The notes beneath the pieces are model-generated. The model ran no database searches. It was not told where the DNA came from and worked only from the letters and a program-made list of their open reading frames with translations. DNA of 64,000 nt from Paraglaciecola sp. (lineage in GTDB: Bacteria; Pseudomonadota; Gammaproteobacteria; Enterobacterales; Alteromonadaceae), in contig NZ_JBDVBQ010000046.1 in the NCBI RefSeq assembly GCF_039942875.1, positions 61,660-125,659 on the forward strand, given 5' to 3'. The position numbers were made by a program, and so were the translations under genes. Positions 1-10,698 of the stretch are shown here, one piece after another; position 1 is the stretch's first letter, and each line of letters starts with the position of its first letter.

Positions 1-1
1 C

Positions 2-466
2 TATGAAGATGAAAGATTAATATTACTTGATTGCTCAGACAATATGCCAACTAGGCAGTTGCTTAATCATTGGTGTGCACGCCATTTTATTCCACTAGTA
101 AGTGCGTCAGTTAGCGCTTTTTCTGGGCAACTTATGCTGATTGATGGCAAAAATACGCCTGAAGCAGGTTGTTACCAATGCGTGTTTTCAAGTTTAGATA
201 CACAACAAAATTGTCAGAGTATGGGCGTGCTAGGCACTGCAGTATCTTTGGTTGCAAGTATGCAAGCACTTACTGCAATGAAGCTAGTCTTAAACATAGG
301 AGCCGTAGACAAGTATTTACATATTTTTGATGGTGTAGCTATGTCTTGGCATAAGGTTATGAGACACAGGGATGTAAAGTGCCCAGTTTGCAGAGACTGG
401 CCCGAATCAAACAAAACTGAGTCTATGCACAACGTGGCGCTAACCTCTGGGGAGACAAAATTATGA
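2..466 (+). CDS. thiF: ThiF/MoeB-family adenylyltransferase, C-terminal part (5' end lies outside the window)
   Basis: The frame is open from the window edge (YEDERLILLDCSDNMPTRQLL...). Two Cys pairs (CYQC, CPVC) are typical of the ThiF/MoeB zinc site. It has an ATGA stop/start overlap with thiS and is followed by thiG-thiH. Confidence 0.85.
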   Translation, partial: YEDERLILLDCSDNMPTRQLLNHWCARHFIPLVSASVSAFSGQLMLIDGKNTPEAGCYQCVFSSLDTQQNCQSMGVLGTAVSLVASMQALTAMKLVLNIGAVDKYLHIFDGVAMSWHKVMRHRDVKCPVCRDWPESNKTESMHNVALTSGETKL

Positions 467-678
467 TAAATGTTGTAGTAAATAGCCAAGATCACCGCGT
501 ACCTGAAAACAGCAATTTGTTAATGACTTTACAGTTATTAGCAGAATCTCAATCATTAGACCTGAGTAATATAGCAGTAGCACTTAACCAACATATTGTG
601 CCCAAAAGCCAATGGGCGGAGATGCTTTGTCAGCATGGTGATCAGATTGATTTGTTTAATGCTGTGGCTGGAGGATAG
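463..678 (+). CDS. thiS: Sulfur carrier protein ThiS
   Basis: 71 aa ending in ...AVAGG (C-terminal diglycine). It sits between thiF and thiG. Confidence 0.85.
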   Translation: MINVVVNSQDHRVPENSNLLMTLQLLAESQSLDLSNIAVALNQHIVPKSQWAEMLCQHGDQIDLFNAVAGG

Positions 679-681
679 AAG

Positions 682-1452
682 ATGTTAACCATTGCTAATC
701 ATCAATTTTCATCTCGTTTATTTAGCGGCACAGGGAAGTTTTCTAACAGTGATACTATGCTAGATGCGTTGCGAGCTTCTGGTACAGAGCTAGTAACTTT
801 AGCCGTTAAACGTGTGGATTTAAAGCTGCGTACCGACAATTTGATGAAACCTTTAAGCGACTTAGGCGTAAAGTTACTGCCCAATACCTCTGGCGCTCGC
901 AATGGCAAAGAAGCGATATTTGCAGCCCAGTTAGCTCAAGAAATGTTTGCGACAAACTGGGTTAAATTAGAAATACACCCCGACCCTAAGTATTTAATGC
1001 CGGATCCAATCGAGACCCTAATCGCCGCGGAAGCCTTAGTTAAATTAGGGTTTGTGGTATTGCCATATGTTCATGCGGATCCCGTTTTGTGTCACCGTTT
1101 AGAAGAAGTAGGCTGCGCGGCGGTTATGCCTTTAGCTAGCCCGATTGGCAGTAATCAGGGGTTACTCACAAAAGAATTCTTGCGAATTATTATTGAACAG
1201 GCACGGGTGCCGGTAGTGATTGATGCTGGAATCGGTTGCCCATCTGATGCAAGCGCCGCCATGGAAATGGGTGCAGATGCGGTGTTAGTTAATACCGCTA
1301 TTGCTTCTAGCCCACAACCTGTGGCCATGGCTAAATGTTTTCAACAAGCAGTTATTACAGGTAGAGCGGCTTATCAAGCAGGGTTTGGGCAAGTGTCTTG
1401 TCAGGCTAATCATACTAGTCCACTCACGGGGTTTTTAAATGGCCTTAGTTAA
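682..1452 (+). CDS. thiG: Thiazole synthase ThiG
   Basis: 256 aa with a ThiG-like sequence throughout ([37 protein letters not shown]). Confidence 0.95.
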   Translation: MLTIANHQFSSRLFSGTGKFSNSDTMLDALRASGTELVTLAVKRVDLKLRTDNLMKPLSDLGVKLLPNTSGARNGKEAIFAAQLAQEMFATNWVKLEIHPDPKYLMPDPIETLIAAEALVKLGFVVLPYVHADPVLCHRLEEVGCAAVMPLASPIGSNQGLLTKEFLRIIIEQARVPVVIDAGIGCPSDASAAMEMGADAVLVNTAIASSPQPVAMAKCFQQAVITGRAAYQAGFGQVSCQANHTSPLTGFLNGLS

Positions 1453-2557
1453 CAACTTTTCTGAAGTGTTTGCAGCAATAGACCGTGAGCACTTACGTTT
1501 GTCTATGTACAGCTGTACCGCTGCAGATGTAGAGCGAGCATTATTGCATCCAACCGCTAATGTTGAGGCATTAATGGCTTTGTTATCGCCAGCCGCTGAG
1601 CCTTATTTAGAACAAATGGCACAGCGTTCAATGCAGATCACTCAAAAGCGTTTTGGGCACAATATTAGTTTATTTGTTCCCATGTATTTATCTAACTTGT
1701 GTGCCAATGAGTGTGACTACTGTGGTTTTACTATGAGTAATAAAATCAAACGGAAAATCCTCAATTCACAGGAAATAGGTAATGAAATTGCAATATTAAA
1801 ATACCGAGGCTTTGATTCTATTTTACTAGTGTCAGGTGAGCATGAAACTAAGGTGGGGGCAGATTACTTTGCCAAGGTTGTACCACAAATAAAGCAACAG
1901 TTCAGTTACCTAGCGTTAGAGGTGCAACCATTAGCCACTGATGAATATACAAAATTAGTGGGCTTAGGTTTAGATGCTGTCATGTTGTATCAAGAAACCT
2001 ATGCCCCTGTTACCTATGCAAAACATCATACCCGGGGTAAGAAGCAAGATTTTCAATATAGGTTAAATAGCCCTGACCGATTAGGCCAAGCTGGCATTGA
2101 TAAGACGGGCTTGGGGGTGTTACTTGGTTTAGATGATTGGCGCTTAGATGCTTTGTTGATGGGATATCATTTAAGTTATTTAGAGAATCGGTATTGGCGC
2201 AGTAAATACAGTATTTCATTGCCACGACTGCGCCCCTGTACTGGTGGTATAGAGCCTAACTCTCCAATTTCAGATAAAGGGTTAGTGCAAGTTATCTGTG
2301 CTTTTCGATTGTTTAGCGAGCAGCTTGAAATCAGTTTATCTACCAGAGAGCGCAGTGAATTTCGTGATAATTTGATGCCCTTAGGTATTACTCATATGAG
2401 TGCAAGCAGCTCTACTCAACCGGGAGGGTATGCCAACCCGGATACTCAATTAGACCAATTTGAAATCAGCGATGAACGTTCGGTATTACAAGTTGTAGCG
2501 GCGATAGAAAATAGCGGTTATACCTCTGTTTTTAAGGATTGGGAAGCAAATTGGTAG
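1439..2557 (+). CDS. thiH: 2-iminoacetate synthase ThiH (radical SAM)
   Basis: It carries the radical-SAM CxxxCxxC motif ([10 protein letters not shown]). It overlaps thiG by 14 nt. Length and N-terminus ([10 protein letters not shown]) resemble ThiH. Confidence 0.9.
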   Translation: MALVNNFSEVFAAIDREHLRLSMYSCTAADVERALLHPTANVEALMALLSPAAEPYLEQMAQRSMQITQKRFGHNISLFVPMYLSNLCANECDYCGFTMSNKIKRKILNSQEIGNEIAILKYRGFDSILLVSGEHETKVGADYFAKVVPQIKQQFSYLALEVQPLATDEYTKLVGLGLDAVMLYQETYAPVTYAKHHTRGKKQDFQYRLNSPDRLGQAGIDKTGLGVLLGLDDWRLDALLMGYHLSYLENRYWRSKYSISLPRLRPCTGGIEPNSPISDKGLVQVICAFRLFSEQLEISLSTRERSEFRDNLMPLGITHMSASSSTQPGGYANPDTQLDQFEISDERSVLQVVAAIENSGYTSVFKDWEANW

Positions 2558-2667
2558 TATATCTTTGTTGAGTTGCAAGCAATTAACTTGCTTCATTAGG
2601 TTAATGTCCATAGAGCTAGTTTACAGATTGTGTAATACTTCTTCTTTTGCGGCGCATCTGGTAACCA

Positions 2668-5496
2668 ATGGATAGAATAGAAGTACGTGGGGCTCGAACT
2701 CACAATCTGAAGAACATTAATTTAGATATTCCCAGAGACAAGCTGACAGTTATCACTGGTTTGTCTGGCTCAGGTAAGTCTTCTCTGGCTTTTGATACCT
2801 TGTATGCAGAAGGGCAAAGGCGTTATGTAGAATCTTTATCGGCCTATGCTCGTCAGTTTTTATCTATGATGGAAAAACCCGATGTTGACCACATCGAAGG
2901 GTTGTCACCCGCTATTTCTATTGAGCAAAAATCCACATCCCATAACCCACGTTCAACCGTAGGTACCATTACCGAAATATATGATTATCTAAGATTGTTA
3001 TATGCCCGTGTAGGTGAGCCTAGGTGTCCGGAACATCATGTTCCTTTAGATGCACAAACGGTAAGCCAAATGGTAGACCGTGTACTAGACATGCCTGCAG
3101 ATACTAAATTAATGTTGCTAGGCCCAGTGGTGCAAGACAGAAAAGGTGAGCACGTAAAAACCCTAGAGAACCTAGCCGCACAAGGTTTTATTCGGGCCCG
3201 AATCGATGGCAATGTGTGTGATTTGTCTGATCCCCCTGAGCTAGATTTACATAAAAAACACACTATTGAAGTAGTGGTTGACCGCTTTAAGGTGCGTGAA
3301 GATTTAAAATTACGCCTATCCGAGTCATTTGAAACTGCACTAGGTTTGTCTGGTGGCACCGCAAAAGTGGCTTATATGGATGAGCCTGAAAAAGATGAAT
3401 TAGTATTTTCTTCAAACTTTGCCTGTCCACATTGTGGTTACAGTATGGCGGAACTTGAGCCAAGGCTGTTTTCGTTTAATAACCCAGCTGGAGCTTGCCA
3501 AAGCTGTGATGGTTTGGGAACTAGGCAATTCTTTGACCCCCATCGCATAATTGCCAATGAAGAAATTAGCTTATCTGGTGGTGCCATTCGGGGTTGGGAT
3601 AAGCGCAGTTATTATTATTTTCAAATGTTACAAGCCGTAGCGGACCATTATGATTTTGATTTGACTGTACCTTTTGGTGAGTTAGATGAAGCGGCCCGAG
3701 ACATTGTTTTACATGGTAGCAAGGGCACATCTCTTAAGTTTAAATATATTAATGACCGTGGCGACATTATGGAGCGCAAACATCCTTTCGAAGGGATTAT
3801 TCCGAATATGGAAAGGCGCTATAAAGAGACTGAATCTAATGCAGTCCGTGAAGAGTTATCAAAATACTTAAGCCAGCAACCTTGCTCTAGTTGTTCAGGC
3901 TCTCGTTTAAGATTAGAAGCGCGGAATGTATTTATTGCTGATACCCCATTGAACCTAGTCTCTGACTTATCGATTGCAGAAGCTTTAGACTTTTTCTCTA
4001 ATTTAACCTTAACGGGGCAGCGAGAGAAAATAGCTGAAAAAATCTTTAAAGAAATCAACGACAGGTTGAGCTTTTTAGTGAATGTTGGTTTGAATTATTT
4101 ATCCTTGTCTCGCAGTGCAGATACTCTATCTGGCGGCGAAGCTCAGCGGATTCGCTTAGCGAGTCAAATCGGTGCTGGACTAGTGGGCGTGATGTATGTG
4201 CTTGATGAACCATCAATTGGGCTGCATCAAAGGGATAACGAACGTTTACTAAAAACCCTTATTCACCTTCGTGATTTAGGTAATACAGTGCTGGTGGTAG
4301 AGCATGATGAAGATGCTATTCGAGCCGCGGACTTTGTTCTTGATATTGGCCCAGGTGCTGGTGTTCATGGGGGAGAAATTGTCGCCCAAGGAACAATAGA
4401 TGACATAAAAAACAGTGAGCATTCACTAACGGGTAAATACCTTTCTGGCCGAGAAAAAATTGAAGTCCCAACAAAGCGAGGTTCGGTTGCTGACGACAAA
4501 TGGTTAGAGTTAAAAGGCGCGTCGGGTAATAATCTACAAGATGTGACTTTTAGAGCACCAATAGGTTTAATGACTTGTGTTACTGGGGTCTCTGGCTCAG
4601 GAAAGTCAACGCTAATAAATGATACCTTCTATAAAATTGCCCATCGTGACTTAAATGGCGCTACAACGGGTGAACCGTCTCCTTATACCTCAATAACGGG
4701 TATGGAGATGTTGGATAAAGTGGTGGATATAGACCAAAGTCCAATTGGGCGTACTCCACGTTCTAATCCGGCCACTTATGCAGGTATTTTCACTCCAGTA
4801 CGAGAATTATTTGCTGGTACCCAAGAAGCGAGGTCTCGGGGTTATAAAGCTGGGCGCTTTAGCTTCAATGTTAAAGGTGGTCGCTGTGAAGCTTGCCAAG
4901 GTGATGGTGTAATCAAAGTCGAAATGCACTTTTTGCCAGATGTTTATGTACCTTGCGATATTTGTAAAGGCAAGAGATACAACCGCGAGACTTTAGAAAT
5001 TCAATACAAAGGCTTGAATATTCATCAAGTCTTAGAAATGACCATAGAAGAAGCCCGTCCTTTCTTCGATGTCATCCCTGCAATTGCAAGGAAACTTCAA
5101 ACCTTAATGGATGTGGGCTTGTCATACGTACGTTTGGGCCAGGCTGCTACTACTTTGTCGGGTGGTGAAGCTCAGCGGGTCAAATTAGCGAAAGAGTTGT
5201 CGAAGCGTGATACCGGACAAACCTTATATATTTTGGATGAGCCAACTACTGGTTTGCATTTTCACGATATTAAACAGCTTTTAGAAGTGCTACATAGGTT
5301 GCGAGATCATGGTAATACAGTTGTGGTTATTGAACATAACTTAGATGTGGTAAAAACTGCTGACTGGGTGGTTGATTTAGGCCCTGAAGGTGGCTCGGGT
5401 GGTGGTCAAATAATTGCGCAAGGAACGCCTGAACAAGTAGCTGAAGTTGAAGGCTCACATACCGCAAGATTCCTAAAACCTTTACTAAATAATTAG
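2668..5496 (+). CDS. uvrA: Excinuclease ABC subunit UvrA
   Basis: 942 aa with two Walker A motifs ([18 protein letters not shown]), ABC signatures (LSGGEAQR twice) and zinc-finger Cys clusters. Confidence 0.98.
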   Translation: MDRIEVRGARTHNLKNINLDIPRDKLTVITGLSGSGKSSLAFDTLYAEGQRRYVESLSAYARQFLSMMEKPDVDHIEGLSPAISIEQKSTSHNPRSTVGTITEIYDYLRLLYARVGEPRCPEHHVPLDAQTVSQMVDRVLDMPADTKLMLLGPVVQDRKGEHVKTLENLAAQGFIRARIDGNVCDLSDPPELDLHKKHTIEVVVDRFKVREDLKLRLSESFETALGLSGGTAKVAYMDEPEKDELVFSSNFACPHCGYSMAELEPRLFSFNNPAGACQSCDGLGTRQFFDPHRIIANEEISLSGGAIRGWDKRSYYYFQMLQAVADHYDFDLTVPFGELDEAARDIVLHGSKGTSLKFKYINDRGDIMERKHPFEGIIPNMERRYKETESNAVREELSKYLSQQPCSSCSGSRLRLEARNVFIADTPLNLVSDLSIAEALDFFSNLTLTGQREKIAEKIFKEINDRLSFLVNVGLNYLSLSRSADTLSGGEAQRIRLASQIGAGLVGVMYVLDEPSIGLHQRDNERLLKTLIHLRDLGNTVLVVEHDEDAIRAADFVLDIGPGAGVHGGEIVAQGTIDDIKNSEHSLTGKYLSGREKIEVPTKRGSVADDKWLELKGASGNNLQDVTFRAPIGLMTCVTGVSGSGKSTLINDTFYKIAHRDLNGATTGEPSPYTSITGMEMLDKVVDIDQSPIGRTPRSNPATYAGIFTPVRELFAGTQEARSRGYKAGRFSFNVKGGRCEACQGDGVIKVEMHFLPDVYVPCDICKGKRYNRETLEIQYKGLNIHQVLEMTIEEARPFFDVIPAIARKLQTLMDVGLSYVRLGQAATTLSGGEAQRVKLAKELSKRDTGQTLYILDEPTTGLHFHDIKQLLEVLHRLRDHGNTVVVIEHNLDVVKTADWVVDLGPEGGSGGGQIIAQGTPEQVAEVEGSHTARFLKPLLNN

Positions 5497-5512
5497 AGTG
5501 TAAGGGGCGAGT

Positions 5513-5907
5513 ATGTATTTAGAGGAGTTTAATGTTCGATTTTACGAAACTGATGCATTAGCTCATGTTAGTAATACTGTACTCGCTGGCTGGTTTGAAG
5601 CCGCACGAGAACCTATTTTTAGATTGTTTACTCCAGAACTAGATTTAAGAAATTGGCCTCTGATTTTAGCCACTTACAAGATGGATTTTTTACAGCAAAT
5701 TTTTATGGCCATAAAGTTGAAGTTAGAACCACCATTTGTAGGATAGGGAGTAGTGCGTTTGATGTTCACCAAGAACTATGGCAAAACCAAAATAAATGCG
5801 CAGTAGGGGTCACCACTTTAGTTCATTTTGATTTTAAGACAAATAAGTCAAAACCTATTTCAACAGACATAGTCGAAGCATTACAAAAGCATCTGAAAGA
5901 AGCTTAA
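5513..5907 (+). pseudogene. 4HBT/YbgC-like acyl-CoA thioesterase, frameshifted
   Basis: Two overlapping ORFs (5513..5746 and 5653..5907) carry the N- and C-halves of one hotdog thioesterase (FYETDALAHVSN... / ...FYGHKVEVRTTICRIGSSAFDV...). A 1-nt change in one of two T-runs (5686-5691 or 5700-5704) restores a single roughly 130 aa frame. Confidence 0.75.
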
Positions 5908-5973
5908 GCTTCTTAGCATTAGAAGGTATCGATGAATTCACTTTGGTGGCAGGGTGATTCGTAACTTTATAAG

Positions 5974-6010
5974 ACCTTTATCAAAAAACTTGATTGTTTT
6001 TTGATAAGGG
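5974..6010. terminator. Bidirectional hairpin between convergent genes
   Basis: cctttatcaaaaaac / gttttttgataagg form an inverted repeat flanked by A- and T-runs. It lies between the thioesterase (+) and the MCP (-). Confidence 0.6.
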
Positions 6011-6022
6011 CTAGCACGATAT

Positions 6023-7642
6023 CTATACTTTAAATTGTGTGGCTATGCCTTCTAAGTGCTTCGCTAGTTGAGCTAGCTCGCCACTTGCCGAGCCAATCTC
6101 TTTAGAGCTTGTCGCAATTTCTTCCGTTTTCTGGTGAATTTCATCAACATTTGAGCTGATGGTTTGTGCCACTGCCTGTTGGTCCCCTGTAGAGAGCGCT
6201 ATTTGATCATTCATATTAGTAATACGGCTAATAGTATCAGTAATAACCGTTAAGCTAGCCCCCGCTGTATTTGCAGTCTCAACACTAGTAGTGGCTCGCT
6301 CGGTCCCTTTTGCCATAGCACTCACCGCTGAACGAGCCGCATCTTGTAACTGCTCAATTGTGCTTTGAATTTGTTCAGTCGATTGTTGGGTTCTAGAAGC
6401 TAGGGTTCTTACTTCATCTGCGACAACGGCAAACCCTCGTCCTTGTTCGCCGGCTCTGGCGGCTTCAATTGCGGCGTTTAATGCAAGTAAGTTAGTTTGT
6501 TCTGCAATACCTTTTATCACATCAAGCACCACACCCACTTGATTAGAGTCTGCTTCAAGCTTACTAATTACTTCTGCTGTTTCTTCAACATTAGTTGCTA
6601 ATTCTTGAATACTCATAACCGTGTTATTGACAACGTCTTGCCCGTCGTTAGCTGCAGTTGATGCATCTCCTGCTGCCGTAGCGGCTTCCGCGGCGCTCGA
6701 TGCCACTGCACTAACACTATTTGTCATATCATCTACAGCTTCTTTAGCTTGTGAAGCTGAGCGTTGTTGTACAAAAATGGTTTGATTAGTGTCTTCTGTT
6801 AGTTTATTCAGATTTTGGGCTAATTGTGACAACGGTAAGGTAGAGTCAACTATGTCTTTCACTACCCCCTGAAGCTTTACCATAAATTGGTTAAACCAGT
6901 TAACTAAATCGCCTATTTCGTCTTTATTTTTCGAGTTGAGTCTAACCGTTAAGTCGCCATCACCTTGGGCAATATCTTTTAATGAACTCACCACTTCTAC
7001 TATGCTGCCTTTTATACCGTTTACTATTGGAATTGCCGTTGCGAATAGCAACACTATGGTAAATAGGGCTAAAATGAAGCCAATTAAAATCATGGATTCA
7101 CCGTTTGAGCTAGCTTCTTGTATGTCAGTTTGAAATGAGTTGACTCTGGCATCCTTGAACGATGTTAAGCCTTTGAATGCACTGTCATAACTGTTGTTCA
7201 TCTTAGTCGACATTTCGCCTAGTTTAGAGTAATCAGCTGTGCCATCAATCATAGACTTAGATACTGTGAACGCTATCTCATAGTATTCATTAAACGAGTT
7301 GAGTATTTTGCTGATTTCTGAACTGAGAATAGGGTCAATTGATTTGATATCTTGCAGTAGTTTTTTGGTTTCAGAAGCAAAAGTCTGAGCATTACTTAAG
7401 GTATCTTCATCAGCGGTAGTCACCGCACTTGTTAATGCTTCTTTGACTTTTTCCATTTTCACCAAGGCAGTTTTGGATAAGTCAACTGAAGGATATTCAA
7501 CCTCAATCACGTTCTCTAAAATTTTTACGTTGTTTAACGCATTGGCGGTTGTAATGCCCAAATATAAAATAAAAGCTACCGTTCCTATAATAGGAATAAG
7601 AAACAACTTTTGTGCAATAGACATGTTTTTTAAAAAGCTCAT
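6023..7642 (-). CDS. Methyl-accepting chemotaxis protein (periplasmic helical sensor, HAMP, MA domain)
   Basis: It has an N-terminal TM, a helical region of about 160 aa, a second TM and HAMP. The signalling hairpin is conserved ([34 protein letters not shown]). Confidence 0.9.
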   Translation of the reverse strand: MSFLKNMSIAQKLFLIPIIGTVAFILYLGITTANALNNVKILENVIEVEYPSVDLSKTALVKMEKVKEALTSAVTTADEDTLSNAQTFASETKKLLQDIKSIDPILSSEISKILNSFNEYYEIAFTVSKSMIDGTADYSKLGEMSTKMNNSYDSAFKGLTSFKDARVNSFQTDIQEASSNGESMILIGFILALFTIVLLFATAIPIVNGIKGSIVEVVSSLKDIAQGDGDLTVRLNSKNKDEIGDLVNWFNQFMVKLQGVVKDIVDSTLPLSQLAQNLNKLTEDTNQTIFVQQRSASQAKEAVDDMTNSVSAVASSAAEAATAAGDASTAANDGQDVVNNTVMSIQELATNVEETAEVISKLEADSNQVGVVLDVIKGIAEQTNLLALNAAIEAARAGEQGRGFAVVADEVRTLASRTQQSTEQIQSTIEQLQDAARSAVSAMAKGTERATTSVETANTAGASLTVITDTISRITNMNDQIALSTGDQQAVAQTISSNVDEIHQKTEEIATSSKEIGSASGELAQLAKHLEGIATQFKV

Positions 7643-7775
7643 ATTTTATCCTTGTAAGTTTACGCACCTCGTTTTTAGCCGTGCGCTCGCTTATTATTAA
7701 CTAATATTGATGCTATTTAATATAGTAACCAATAAACTTAAGTGCGAATCATTAATTAGATTTTTTTCATAAATA

Positions 7776-8234
7776 TTAATCATATACGTCAATATTTAGA
7801 CCTTGTAACGTATATCCAACAGTGGCTAAATCACCCTGCCAAGTACTCGTTGATAAGGTTCCTGTTACCCAAACCGCGTCATATAAGTTGTTTATCGACA
7901 CATCTTTAGAAAACTTCACATAAACAATTTGATTAGGTGGCGGGGGGGGGACATGTACGCAGGCACCAAAGTAGGGTACTAACAAAAATTCTGTTATTTT
8001 TTCATTATCTCCTTCTAGCGGCACCACGAACCCAGGTATTTTAACCAGCTTTCCGTTTAGTTCTGGCACTATGGGCGCGTCAAGGTTTTGCTGTTGCATA
8101 CTATTACTATGAGCAAGTGGAATATCAGACGCAACATAGTCTTTAGGGATCATATCTTCCCAATACAATTCTAATGGCGCGCCAAAACTCATTTGAGTTA
8201 TCAGCAGTAATATTGAAGTAAATAATTTATACAT
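7776..8234 (-). CDS. DUF3299-like secreted protein
   Basis: A signal peptide begins at the internal Met (MYKLFTSILLLITQMSFG). LVPYFGACVHVPPPPPNQ is the motif I associate with DUF3299. I consider the ORF-track start at 8291 an N-terminal over-extension. Confidence 0.7.
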   Translation of the reverse strand: MYKLFTSILLLITQMSFGAPLELYWEDMIPKDYVASDIPLAHSNSMQQQNLDAPIVPELNGKLVKIPGFVVPLEGDNEKITEFLLVPYFGACVHVPPPPPNQIVYVKFSKDVSINNLYDAVWVTGTLSTSTWQGDLATVGYTLQGLNIDVYD

Positions 8235-8629
8235 TTTATAGTGTGTACATATGTGTTTTGTTGTTTGCCTATGATAAAGGGTTTTTAACAAGCTTGTTAC
8301 TTATGATGCATGGTATATCTGGGGTGTAAATTAATAATCATAGTGAATATACTGCAAACTTAGCCGAATATAAAATACCATGCTTTGAGACACTAGTGAT
8401 ATTAACCTTTAGTAGAGTCGCCTAATGAAAAGCCCGCTAATTACATACAACTGTATGCGTGTTTAATAATATTTATGTCATTGACTCTTGGGACAACTTT
8501 ATATTGTCTATTAACTCTGTTTAGCTGCTTATAGTCAATACTCACTTTAAATACCTTCTAGCGATGCTGTCTTAAAAGCTATATTCTCAGATTTAAAAGA
8601 ACAGAATAAAAATATGACAGGAAAACATA

Positions 8630-10480
8630 ATGATGACTAGATTAAAATTAATCCCCTTAAGTATGCTAACTATCGCAATATCTGCGTGTTCTCCACAGCC
8701 CAGTGAGCAAACAGAGAAACCAATTGGACAAGCCGCGCAAAACGTCGTACAAACTGAGTCTGAAAAATTAGCTCAATACTTTGCGGATATGTTTGAACAA
8801 GATTTAAAACGCTCACCCATAACGCAGAGCTATTTAGGTTATAAATGGGATTACGATAAATGGAATGATATATCCGATGCCCATCAAGGTGAGACGATTG
8901 CTATTCAAAAGGCACGCCTAGCTGCTTTACAAAAATTTGATACAAGTCAACTGACTGAGCAAGAGAAGTTAAGCATTGATGTCGCTATAACTGATATTCA
9001 GCGCCGTTTAGCGAATGATAAATTTCGTGACCACACATACATAATGCATCAGTTCAGAGCCTATCACACCATTGTGCCTAGCTTTTTGATTAATATTCAC
9101 AGAATCAAAAGCATAGATGACGCTGAGGCCTATGTGGCTAGGTTGAATAATGTAAAACCTCTATTTACTCAAGTGATTCAGCAAATGAAAAAACGTCAAG
9201 AGTTAGGAGTGTTTCCACCTAAGTGGGCTTACGATCAGATGATCCAAGCGTCTCATAATGTGATTAGCGGCAATCCATTCGAAGAGTCACCAGAAAACTC
9301 AACTATTTGGGATGATTTCATCACTAAAGTGGATGCATTAGGGCTAACTAATATGGAGACTGTTGGTTTAATAGCCGAGGCTAGAGAGGCTATTGAAGAG
9401 TCTGTTTTACCAGCGTATAGAGAGCTCATTGATGAGTTAAAAATTCAACAAAGACTCACTCCTGAAGGAGATGGAGTATGGCGTTTACCTGATGGCGAGA
9501 AGTGGTATAAAAACCGGTTAGAGTGGTTTACGACCACAGATTTAAATGCTGAGCAAGTTCATCAAATTGGTTTAGAAAATGTTGAACGCATTCACAACGC
9601 AATGAAAGTCATCAAGCAAAAAGTGGGCTTTGAAGGAGACTTAGCAGCATTTTTTGAGTTTATGCGTACCGACGAGCAGTTTTATTATCCTGCTACTGAT
9701 GAAGGTCGTGCTCGTTATATGGAAGAGGCCAAAGCCTTAATTGATACCATGGAAGAAAAAGTGCCTGAATACTTCGGGTTAACGCCAAAAGCGCGAATGC
9801 AGGTAAAGCGTGTTGAAGCTTTTAGAGAAAAGTCTGCAGGTAAGGCTTTTTATCAAAGTCCTTCTAAAGATGGTTCACGACCGGGTACTTATTATGCAAA
9901 CCTTTACAACATGAAGGATATGCCGACTTATCAAATGGAGGCCTTGGCTTATCATGAAGGTATTCCTGGCCATCATATGCAGCGCTCAATTGCTCAAGAG
10001 CTAGAGGGAATTCCAGAATTTCAAAAATATGTGAGCTTTACTGCGTATACAGAGGGGTGGGGCTTATATACTGAAGAGTTAGCCAAGGATATGGGGTTTT
10101 ATGAAAATCCTTACTCAGACTTTGGGCGTTTGGCCATGGAATTATGGCGAGCCTGTCGTTTAGTGGTAGATACAGGAATTCATGCTAAAAAATGGAGTCG
10201 CGACCAAGCCATTGATTATTTAATTAAAAATACCCCTAACCCTGAAAATGACTCTGTTAAAGCCATTGAGCGGTATATCGCCATGCCCGGGCAAGCTACG
10301 GCTTATATGATTGGTAAGTTGAAGATTATGGAGTTGCGAACGAAGGCAAAAGACAGTCTAGGAGACAAGTTTGATATTCGTGGTTTCCATGATGAAGTGT
10401 TAAAAGACGGGCCGGTACCTCTGAATATTTTAGAGAGCAAAATCAATAATTGGATCGAGCAACAGAAAAACTTAATTTAA
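8630..10480 (+). CDS. DUF885-family lipoprotein (metallopeptidase-like fold)
   Basis: It has a lipobox (AISAC). The C-terminal region carries HEGIPGHHMQ and YTEGWGLY, typical of DUF885. Confidence 0.8.
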   Translation: MMTRLKLIPLSMLTIAISACSPQPSEQTEKPIGQAAQNVVQTESEKLAQYFADMFEQDLKRSPITQSYLGYKWDYDKWNDISDAHQGETIAIQKARLAALQKFDTSQLTEQEKLSIDVAITDIQRRLANDKFRDHTYIMHQFRAYHTIVPSFLINIHRIKSIDDAEAYVARLNNVKPLFTQVIQQMKKRQELGVFPPKWAYDQMIQASHNVISGNPFEESPENSTIWDDFITKVDALGLTNMETVGLIAEAREAIEESVLPAYRELIDELKIQQRLTPEGDGVWRLPDGEKWYKNRLEWFTTTDLNAEQVHQIGLENVERIHNAMKVIKQKVGFEGDLAAFFEFMRTDEQFYYPATDEGRARYMEEAKALIDTMEEKVPEYFGLTPKARMQVKRVEAFREKSAGKAFYQSPSKDGSRPGTYYANLYNMKDMPTYQMEALAYHEGIPGHHMQRSIAQELEGIPEFQKYVSFTAYTEGWGLYTEELAKDMGFYENPYSDFGRLAMELWRACRLVVDTGIHAKKWSRDQAIDYLIKNTPNPENDSVKAIERYIAMPGQATAYMIGKLKIMELRTKAKDSLGDKFDIRGFHDEVLKDGPVPLNILESKINNWIEQQKNLI

Positions 10481-10511
10481 TATAAACCTTAGTGTTAGTC
10501 GTAACCTAACT

Positions 10512-10547
10512 GATGCCGTTTACTGTGAGTGAACGGCATTTTTTTTG
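10512..10547 (+). terminator. Rho-independent terminator
   Basis: The stem atgccgtt...aacggcat is followed by a T8 run directly after the DUF885 gene. Confidence 0.8.
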
Positions 10548-10698
10548 AAAATATCATGTTGGGAAATTCACGTATACTCGCTTACATTATCTTGTAGGGT
10601 TTATTCCCAAGTAGTACTTGTAATACCGACCTTAGTCTTATTGACCAAATTGAAGAGTTAGCCAATGCTTTAAGCAAATATTTTCTCGGAAAATTTGT

